Source of the DNA: Octopus sinensis
Taxonomy: Eukaryota
DNA: 8,945 nt
Reading direction: 5' to 3'
NCBI RefSeq assembly: GCF_006345805.1
Contig: NW_021828176.1
Coordinates: 1 to 8,945, forward strand
The position numbers were made by a program, and so were the translations under genes. The notes under the pieces are model-generated. The model was not told the DNA's origin, made no database searches, and saw nothing but the letters and a program-made list of their open reading frames with translations. This document shows, piece after piece, positions 1 through 7,910 of this stretch (position 1 is its first letter; each line of letters opens with the position of its first letter).

Positions 1-143
1 ACAGAGCACACAGACACACACACAAACACACATACAAACACACATAAACACACACACACGCACACACAAACACACACACAAATACACACACACACAAATA
101 CACACACACACAAATACACACACACACAAATACACACACACAC
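1..143. repeat. Compound (CA)n microsatellite with a 16-bp higher-order unit (AAATACACACACACAC x4, 80-143)
   Basis: AAAT interruptions start at 80, 96, 112 and 128, an exact 16-nt period. Confidence 0.95.
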
Positions 144-600
144 AACATTGCGTCTCAGTTAATTGCGCACTACTTTCCGTTGCGTATATTTAACTGCGAC
201 GCAGTATGTGTGTCCGTAGTGAAAGTTGGTATAATTATTGCAAAGTTGGAAATTGTGAGAGAAATCAAATTATTCGAGAATACACAAACAGAAATCAATC
301 ATAAAAAATCAAACATATCAATATTTTTGTATGAGTATTCAAGATATAATCTGTATTGTCACATAATTAGATCGTTATTATTGGTTTAATAATTCTGTTT
401 GTGTTTCATGTAATTTTCATTGAATGGTAATAACAAAAACATATTGGAATGGCTGAGATATGAAAGCATCTCTTGATTGCGACTTTTATTTTCCCTTTGG
501 GTTCGATAAAACAAGAACCAGGCGGGTGAGGGTCAGTTCAGACGGCTATATCGCGTTTTTATAATTGGTGGCCTTAAGCCAATAAGAAAACTTCGATTGA

Positions 601-770
601 GAGGGACTGGCGGAGTCGTTAGAGCGTCAAGCTAAGTCCATTGCGACTTTTAGTTATGGCGCCTGACGTCGTGAGTTCAAATTCTGCCGATGTCACTTTT
701 ACCTTTTATCATTCATAGGTTGATACAATAAAGTACGCGACAAGTATTACGAGGATTTCATTGTCGATAT
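601..770 (+). mobile_element. Old, degenerate copy of tRNA-SINE family A
   Basis: Collinear with the young copy at 822-987: actggcggagtcgttag head, B-box-like gtgagttcaaattctgccga (671-690), then ttttaccttttatcattc...ttgatacaataaagtac. Confidence 0.7.
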
Positions 771-821
771 TTCATCCATTAAACTTCTGGTATTCTACCA
801 GTGTTTGGAAGCATAAGTGAA

Positions 822-1053
822 GGCGGCGAGCTGGCAGAAACGTTAGCACGCCGGGCGAAATGCTTATCGGTATTTCGTCTACCGCTGCGTTCCGAGTTCA
901 AATTCCGCCGAGGTCGACTTTGCCTTTCATCCTTCCGGGGTCGATTAAATAAGTACCAGTTACGCACTGGGTTCGATATAATCGACTTAATCCGTTTGTC
1001 TGTCCTTGTTTTCCCCTCTCTGTTTAGCCCCTTGTGGGTAGTGAAGAAATAGG
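822..1053 (+). mobile_element. Full-length young tRNA-derived SINE, family A (Octopus-type, Deu/Nin-like central domain)
   Basis: A-box-like TGGCAGAAACG at 832-842 and B-box GAGTTCAAATTCC at 894-906. The central GGTCGACTTTGCCTTTCATCCTTCCGGGGTCGATTAAATAAGTACCAG resembles the Deu/Nin domain as I recall it. About 90% identical to 2113-2266. Bracketed by an 18-bp direct repeat (789-806 and 1052-1069, 1 mismatch). Confidence 0.9.
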
Positions 1054-1195
1054 TGTTCTACCAGTGTTTTTTTTGTTTTTCATTTTGAGCTCTAGGACGC
1101 ATAAGGCCAGTTAATCACTTTCCTTGACATATATGTGATCGAAAATCTCAACTGCCCCCCTGAACGCGACATGGGCCCGTTGTAGGGTTCAAGTT

Positions 1196-1330
1196 CAACA
1201 ATTTTAAGGGAAGGGAGCAAATCGGTTTACATCGAAGCCAGTACTTGACTGGTACTTTATTTTATTGATCCCCACCACAGAGGGGCAAGGTTTAACTCCG
1301 TGATATTCGAAATCAGAACGGAAAGAGCCG
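1196..1330 (-). mobile_element. Degenerate, 5'-truncated family A-related SINE (alternative tail)
   Basis: tacatcgaagccagtacttgactggtactttattttattgatcccc...attcgaaatcagaacg aligns to the minus copy at 2113-2200. Confidence 0.65.
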
Positions 1331-1460
1331 CGTTGAGTTCAAATATTACAGACGTCGACCTTACTAATTAAGTACTGGAGTCTAATTAATGAATGCTAAT
1401 TAAGTACTGGAGCCAATGTAATCAACTGGCTCCTTCCTCTCAAAATTACTGGCCTTGAGC
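1331..1460 (+). mobile_element. Degenerate, internally deleted family A-related SINE fragment
   Basis: cgttgagttcaaat...gtcgacctt (B-box region), then gtactggagccaatgtaatcaact...caaaatt, which is the inverted counterpart of 1200-1245. Confidence 0.55.
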
Positions 1461-1555
1461 ACTGCAACGGGGCCAACATCCCATTCAGAGAAATTGTTGT
1501 GATCTCGGCCGTATTTAAATCATGGAAACCGGGCAAATGGCTTTTTACTCCCCGG
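1450..1555 (-). CDS. Candidate internal exon B, (S)RGVKSHLPGFHDLNTAEITTISLNGMLAPLQCSRP, product unknown
   Basis: Strong acceptor ttctccttttttgtccctttaag|C on the minus strand, and one open frame whose phase matches exon A. The donor cca|GTAATT is weak and lies inside SINE-like sequence. The plus strand is also stop-free over 1400-1660, so the strand is uncertain. Confidence 0.25.
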
Positions 1556-1746
1556 CTTAAAGGGACAAAAAAGGAGAAATTCAACAATCTGTGGTCCAAA
1601 ACTCATCAACGAAGATTGAGGGTAGATTTTTCTTTTATTTCTCTTGAAATTATAAAATAATAATCATACAGACTGGAGTCGATACACACGATTATTTATT
1701 TTTATGTTTTAAGAGCTTCATCAGAAGAAGGAAGGCAGCACCTCAC

Positions 1747-1840
1747 CTGCTTGTTTCAGGATTTCGTGTCTTGGAAGCATAAAGGACATCATCCTCGAAC
1801 AGAAAATATGGTCCGAACGCTTGCAACAGAGTGGACTCCA
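1747..1840 (-). CDS. Candidate internal exon A, ESTLLQAFGPYFLFEDDVLYASKTRNPETS, product unknown
   Basis: Acceptor gtgtctttag| at 1842-1841 and strong donor CAG|GTGAGG at 1746. The 94-nt exon is more GC-rich than its flanks, and this frame hits a stop just past the donor. Confidence 0.3.
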
Positions 1841-1974
1841 CTAAAGACACCCCAGGGTACGGTGATGATTTTAAACCGGATAACGAATTAAAAATATATA
1901 GACTCTGCCAATTCATCCCGATCTAATTTTTCGTATTGACATAGGGTAGCTGATTATTTTGCTTTCTATTAAAG

Positions 1975-2112
1975 CTGTGGCACCCAACCTTTTCTCAGTG
2001 GTTCCCCACAGCGGTTCCCAACCATTTAATTTAAATGAGTTTTTTCACGGACCCCTTTTATTATCCTTATCCTTATGTATAAATCCATATATAAAATTTT
2101 GAATTTAGTTCA
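1975..2112 (+). mobile_element. hAT (Charlie-like) MITE left-end relic
   Basis: TIR-like CAGCGGTTCCCAACCATTT at 2009-2027 and subterminal CACGGACCCC at 2046-2055. No right TIR found. Confidence 0.4.
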
Positions 2113-2266
2113 CGACCCCAGTACGTAACTGGTACTTAATTTATCGACCCCGAAAGGATGAAAGGCAAAGTCGACCTCGGCGGAATTTGAACTCAGAACG
2201 TAACGGCAGACGAAATACGGCTACGCATTTCGTCCGGCGTGCTAACCTTTCTGCCAGCTCACCGCC
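2113..2266 (-). mobile_element. Young family A SINE lacking its 3' tail
   Basis: The reverse complement aligns to 822-975 with about 15 differences in 154 nt by hand count. Confidence 0.92.
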
Positions 2267-2472
2267 TTCGAATTGAAATTATTCTCTACGCAGTTAATCC
2301 AGTCTTATTCTATAAAATTGCATCTTCGTATCAATATAAGAAATCGTTATTATATAAAAATATAAAACGTAATTAACTAATAATAATTAATGATCCCATT
2401 TGCAAATTCGCCTTATACTACGTCGTATTATAGACTGTGATCGATGAAATCGCAAAATCCATCGTTTAAGCA

Positions 2473-2580
<108 letters not shown>

Positions 2581-2840
2581 ACAGATTTGCTATCCAATAT
2601 TTTGAAGTAACCGAAGCGGAACAGATTTATTCAAATATGTTCTCAGCAACACACGTTATGAGAAAATGGCCGGCTAGCAGAGTCAACACTGTCGACAATA
2701 TTTATGTCGTCGTCTCAGCATTATGATCGGGCTGTAAATTAGATTTTGAAGCTTAGCCCTAGGTCATCTCTGATTTAGTAGATCTATGATCAAAGACCTT
2801 CCAGCCTTGACCAACACGTCCTTTTTTGTATACCTGAACT

Positions 2841-3025
2841 GGCGCTCTGTTGGTTACGACGACGAAGGTTACAGCTGATCCGATCAACGGAACAGCCTAT
2901 CCGATCAACGGAACAGCCTTCTCGTGAAATTAACGTGCAAGTGGCTGAGTACTCCGCAGACACGCGTACCCGTAACGTATTTCTCGGGCGCAGAATGGGA
3001 CAAAGTTGGCTCTTTGAAATACAGG
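2841..3025 (-). mobile_element. 3' half of family C SINE with an internal 21-bp tandem duplication
   Basis: Collinear with 7628-7780 (ctcgtgaaattaacgtgcaagtggctgag...cagacacg). ATCCGATCAACGGAACAGCCT is repeated at 2878-2898 and 2899-2919. Confidence 0.85.
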
Positions 3026-3032
3026 AAATATA

Positions 3033-3198
3033 GGCGTAGGAGTGGCTGTGTGGTGAGTAGCTTGCTTACTAACCACATGGTTTCGGGTTCAGTCCCACTG
3101 CATGGCACATTGGGCAAGTATCTTCTACTATAGCCTCGGGCCGACCAAAGCTTTGTGAGTGGATTTGGTTAGCCGGAAACTGAAAGAAGAGTTCATCG
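3033..3198 (+). mobile_element. Family B tRNA/CORE-like SINE, 5' half
   Basis: A-box TGGCTGTGTGG at 3043-3053, B-box-like GGTTCAGTCCC at 3086-3096 and CORE-like GGCACATTGGGCAAGTATCTT. Matches the reverse complement of 8171-8334 and 5370-5457. Confidence 0.88.
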
Positions 3199-3386
3199 TA
3201 TATATATATATATATATAATATATATATATTATATATACACACTTGTATATGATGTGTTGTGGGAATTTTGGAAAGAAATCCCATTCGCAAATTTACGCC
3301 GGTAAACCACCAGCAAAATATGAAGAATCAATATTAGAAATCTTTTTTGGAAACTTCCAAATTAAAGGACGAATATAAATTCAACC

Positions 3387-3436
<50 letters not shown>

Positions 3437-3439
3437 CTG

Positions 3440-3534
<95 letters not shown>
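3199..3534. repeat. Microsatellite cluster: (TA)n 3199-3238, unique spacer, (AC)n 3391-3420, (AT)n, (ATCT)n to 3534
   Basis: Direct reading. Lies between the two halves of a family B SINE. Confidence 0.9.
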
Positions 3535-3535
3535 A

Positions 3536-3692
3536 TAACTTAGTGATCCGGAAAAAGAGACCGATAGAATAAGTACTAGGCTTACAAAGTACTGGGGGTC
3601 GATTTCTTCGACTAAAAAAAGCCCTTAAAGGCGGTGCTCCAGCATGATCACAGTTAAATGACAGAAACATGTAACAGAAAAGAATAAAAGAA
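3536..3692 (+). mobile_element. Family B SINE, 3' half
   Basis: gagaccgatagaataagtact...ggggtcgattt...ggcggtgctccagcatg...aaaagaataaaag matches the reverse complement of 5120-5260. Confidence 0.85.
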
Positions 3693-4159
3693 ACAATGTC
3701 GTACTTAATTCATGAACACTACTGATGGTCCCATTACCGCATTATGTGTCCCGAGACAACATCCTTTATGGACGTGTTGTGTTAAAAATACAATAAGAAT
3801 CAGGGGCAGAAGAAAATAAATAAACTGCAGCAACAACTGTGACATAATTCTTGCAGGCTTTTGGATATTATGTCATGGGTTATGTGATACAATCCACTTT
3901 GAACCATCGCTTCGTGCATGCCTTGAATCATACAACTTGATCTATACACAGCATAAACGTTCAGATGTAGAGTCAAACATTAAATTTAAATTCTATAAAA
4001 TATTTCGTTGAAATTTTTTCTTCTTGAGAGGAAGTGAACGCTATCTGGAAATGTCATACAATAACAATGGTAGTTTGGAATTTCAATTAACTGACATCAT
4101 TCAGATGGAATGGTACACAGAGGATAAATGTATGCATACGCGCACGAAGACCTACTTAC

Positions 4160-4539
4160 GCTCTCTTTCTCTCTTTCTCTCTCTCTCTCTCACACACCAC
4201 AAACTTGTACTTACTCACTCACACACACACAAACACGCACAAGCATAAACGTAAACACAAACAAATGAACAATACTTAGACAGTAGTTTGTGTCACTACC
4301 TTCTCTCTCACGGCACACCTTTACACACACACGCACACACATATATACACACACACGCACACAAACATGTACACACACACACACACTCACAGTAACATAG
4401 GCATGTCCTTAAAATTTAATTTTAACTACAAAGACATAAATATCTATATGATGTATATATATATATATAATGTATATATGTACATGTTTATATATGTATA
4501 TATATACATATATATATACATATATATATTTATATTATG

Positions 4540-4589
<50 letters not shown>

Positions 4590-4726
4590 TATATTTATAA
4601 TATGTATATATATGTATATATATATATATAGATATATATATACATATATATATTTATATATATGTATATATGTATATTATATATGTATGTGTATATGTAT
4701 ATGCATGCGTATGTTTGTATATGTGA

Positions 4727-4762
<36 letters not shown>

Positions 4763-4830
4763 ATATATATATATATATATATAATATTATGTATGTGTAT
4801 GTTTGTATACACACATGTGCATACATATGT
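4160..4830. repeat. Degenerate (CT)n/(CA)n tract followed by a long (TA)n/(TATG)n tract (4440-4830)
   Basis: Direct reading. Explains the IY-repeat ORFs. Confidence 0.9.
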
Positions 4831-4910
4831 AAGAATGTATATACAGGTATTGATTTGCCTCAGTATAATTATCTACATTATTTATCTTCTTTTCCGAAGA
4901 GTCTTATGAT

Positions 4911-5032
4911 ATAACACAATATGATTTAGTATAATACAATATTAGAATAATATAATTGAATATGAAATAGTGTAACAACATAACATAACATAACATAATA
5001 TAATATAATATAATATAATATAATATAATATA
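4911..5032. repeat. Pentanucleotide (TAACA)n grading into (TAATA)n
   Basis: The 5-nt period is perfect from 4981 to 5032 and degenerate upstream. Confidence 0.9.
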
Positions 5033-5119
5033 CAGTAATCTCTCGACTATCGCAGGTGTTACATTCCAAAACCCCGCGCGACAGGTGAAAATATGCGAAG
5101 AAGAAACAGAACTGTACTG
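5033..5119 (+). mobile_element. Tc1/mariner (Tigger/pogo-like) MITE left end
   Basis: TA at 5031-5032 is followed by CAGTAATCTCTCGACTATCGCAGG, resembling Tigger-type TIRs. It is interrupted by the family B SINE tail, and the right TIR was not convincingly found. Confidence 0.55.
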
Positions 5120-5457
5120 TATTCTATTATTCTTTTATTCTTTTACTTGTTTCAGTCATTTGACTGCGGCCATGCTGGAGCACCGCTTTTTAGTCCAGTA
5201 AATCGACCCCAGGACTTTATTCTTTGTAAGCTTATTACTTATTCGATCGGTCTCTTTTGCTGAACCGATGCTGGTGGGTTTACGGGGACGGAAACACACC
5301 AGCATCGGTTGTCGAGCGATGTTTGAGGCGAAAAACACAGATATACATACACACACACACACACACACATACGACGGGCTTCTTTCAGTTTCCGTCTACC
5401 AAATCCACTCACAAGGCTTTGGTCGGCCCGAGGCCATAGTAGAAGACACTTGCCCAA
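5120..5457 (-). mobile_element. Family B SINE, nearly complete but lacking the tRNA head, with an internal (TG)n tract
   Basis: The reverse complement matches 3107-3198 and 3536-3692. Tail is (TATTCTTT)n-like. Confidence 0.9.
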
Positions 5458-5536
5458 ATGAAGTTAAAGGAGCCAAGAAATTCGAAAGATGTCGATTAGA
5501 TAAAACTTTAAAGGACTGAATATTATAGACGAGAGG

Positions 5537-5605
5537 AAAAGACACTTGTCGAAGCTGCCACGCTGTAGGAATGAACTCGGAAGCATGTGGGTGGGAAGAA
5601 AGTTT
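5537..5605 (-). mobile_element. Old degenerate family B-like tRNA head
   Basis: aaaagacacttgtcgaagctgccacgctgtaggaatgaactcggaagcatgtgg aligns to 8240-8293. Confidence 0.65.
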
Positions 5606-5644
5606 GAATAATGGATAAGAGTGTGCATAAATGTCTGTAGGAAG

Positions 5645-5820
<176 letters not shown>

Positions 5821-6417
5821 CCTACGTTGATAAACCAAGTAGAGTAATTACTCAAGGAAAACTAAATCTATTGTCTACACTGATTTTTTATAAATACGTG
5901 CGAACAATTTATAAACTCTTCTTGATGTATAAATATGAAATACCAAAATAAATGGTAAAATATTTTCTTTTAATTCTCTCAAGATTAATGACAACAAAAG
6001 TCAAATACAGTAAGACACACACAAGAATATAAGCATGTATATGTGAGTGTAAACCGAAAGGTTAAGCCGTTGATTAATGCGAGCAATTTGTTAGTAAGTT
6101 GATCGGCTTATAAATATCGATAGCTTCATTTAATTAAATTAGTTCATTCTGTCCTAATTTTATATTTAAAGGAGAAATATCCAAACAATTTTTCATCGTT
6201 CTTTATATCGAACAACACATAAAATTTATTACCGCGAAAATTATTGCAAATTTATTCAAAACTAGGAATTTTGAATAAATCTGCATATTGGATTCAACTT
6301 TTAGTTCATAGATCTTGTTTTGACAACGTTGTATAATCGTTGATAGTCTATAAAGATGCGCGAGTGTGTGTGTGTGTATGAGTATGCGGATATATGTGTA
6401 TGAGTGATAATATTTCC

Positions 6418-6418
<1 letters not shown>

Positions 6419-6458
<40 letters not shown>

Positions 6459-6779
6459 TGATAATAATATAAAAAAAATAATGATAATAATAATAATAAT
6501 AATAATAATAATAGTAATAGTAATAATAATAATAATAATAGTAATAGTAATAATAATAATAATAATAGAAATATTAATAATAATAATAATAATAATAGTA
6601 ATAGTAATAATAATAATAATAATAGTAATACTAGTAATAATAATAATAATAATAGTAATAGTAATAATAATAATAATAATAGAAATAATAATAATAATAA
6701 TATAATAATAGTAATAATAGTAATAATAATAATAGTAATAATAGTAATAATAGTAATAATAATAATAATAATAGTAATA

Positions 6780-6818
<39 letters not shown>

Positions 6819-6851
6819 GTAATAATAGTAATAATAATAATAATAGTAATA

Positions 6852-6902
<51 letters not shown>

Positions 6903-6972
6903 GTAATAATAATAATAATATATTTTTCTCATCATCATCCTCATCATCGTCATTATTGTTATTATTATTATC
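6419..6972. repeat. (AAT)n trinucleotide array with patterned G substitutions, then short (CAT)n/(ATT)n
   Basis: Direct reading. Explains the poly-I/Y/L/N ORFs. Confidence 0.97.
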
Positions 6973-7342
6973 ATATGATGCGTATCTTACCTTTGTCACT
7001 TAAAAAGGTTAAATATACGTATATAGTGGGAATCTGGCTTTAATAGACTTGTACTAAAAGCAGAATATTTCATCATACATCGTACACACACTCACCTCTC
7101 CCCACACATACAATTCTGTTATTGAACGTTGATATGTTCGCGTCTTTTGTCTCCTATATCAGGATTTTAACCCTGATGGATCTACGAAGAATTCCACCAA
7201 AGGACTCATGTTCTGGTTTCTATAACTTCGGAAAGTTGAACTATGAACTTGTATGCTTCTATCTTCTTTCCATCTCCTTATTCTTTTACTCCCTTCTATG
7301 TCGTCATCTTATTATTATATACCATTCTCATTTTCCCTATTT

Positions 7343-7390
7343 GTCTCTGATGACGGAATATCCCATACTCGGAGTATCCCAGAAACAGGG
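7343..7390 (+). ncRNA. Hammerhead-ribozyme-like motif (PLE type), 3' part lost
   Basis: CUGAUGA at 7347-7353, stem II 7355-7364/7371-7380 (8 of 10 pairs), GAAAC at 7382-7386. No NUH site or stem I partner, because (TA)n follows. Confidence 0.5.
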
Positions 7391-7394
7391 ATAT

Positions 7395-7437
<43 letters not shown>
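7391..7437. repeat. (TA)n microsatellite
   Basis: Direct reading. Confidence 0.95.
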
Positions 7438-7439
<2 letters not shown>

Positions 7440-7627
7440 AAAATAAGCAACAAGAATGATTCCGGTTGATGGCAAATTAGCGGAGTCATTATTGTTGCTT
7501 ATTTTGATTATAATCAGCCCACGGATTTTTATGGATAACACCATACAGAATTCTGGTGCATCTAAATTAAGTACCGTATTCATTTGAATCTAAATTTTTG
7601 CTGAACTTATATATATATATATATATA

Positions 7628-7910
7628 GGAGCACTCCGACAGTTAAGACGACTTGGGTTCCAGCTGATACGATAAACGCAACAGTTTGCTCGTGAAATTA
7701 ACGTGCAAGTGGCTGAGCACTCTACAGACACGTGTACCGGAGAGATTCAACGAGACATAGAGTATGAAGAAGCTGGCACATAGTTGCCAGCTGAGTGAAC
7801 TGCAGCAAGGCAAAATAAAGTGTCTTGCTCAAGGACGCAACGCGTCGCCTGGAATTGAACTCACGACCTTACGATCGTGAGCCGAATGCCCTAACCACTA
7901 AGCCACGCGC
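7628..7910 (-). mobile_element. Near full-length family C tRNA-derived CORE-SINE (possibly Octopus OR1/OR2-like)
   Basis: On the minus strand: consensus A-box TGGCTTAGTGG (7905-7895), B-box GAGTTCAATTCC (7862-7851) and CORE-like GTCCTTGAGCAAGACACTTTATTT...CACTCAGCTG. The tail matches 2841-3025. Confidence 0.9.

Noticed and set aside
520-590. GC-box, Inr, TATA and CCAAT-like words (GGCGGG, TCAGTT, TTTATAA, CCAAT)
   Set aside because: Order and spacing do not fit a Pol II core promoter, and these short words are expected by chance.
1713-1724. Minus-strand CUGAUGA-A-GCUC, half of a hammerhead
   Set aside because: No complementary GAGC-GAAAC follows (the sequence continues UUAAAACAU). A 7-mer core alone can occur by chance.
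2720-2830. Stretch reminiscent of another cephalopod repeat tail (gatctatgatcaaagaccttccagcc)
   Set aside because: Recollection only, with no second copy or structural hallmark in the window.
3840-4112. Possible plus-strand exons (ttcttgcag|AFGYYVMG...; GSERYLEMSYNNNGSLEF...)
   Set aside because: Weak or absent donors, early stops, no recognisable homology and no phase-linked partner exon.
5524-5534. ATAGACGAGAG as the right TIR of the Tigger-like element
   Set aside because: It is a 10/11 match to the subterminal part only, and the terminal ATTACTG-TA is missing.
7179-7215. Frameshifted GSTKN-FHQRTH resembling the GIY-YIG YIG motif upstream of the ribozyme relic
   Set aside because: It needs an assumed frameshift, lacks the YI and GIY motifs, and is too close to the hammerhead to fit a full domain.
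7840-7910. tRNA gene calls at the SINE heads (also 822-906 and 3033-3096)
   Set aside because: A and B boxes are present but there is no acceptor stem closure, and they run into SINE bodies, so they are SINE heads and not tRNAs.
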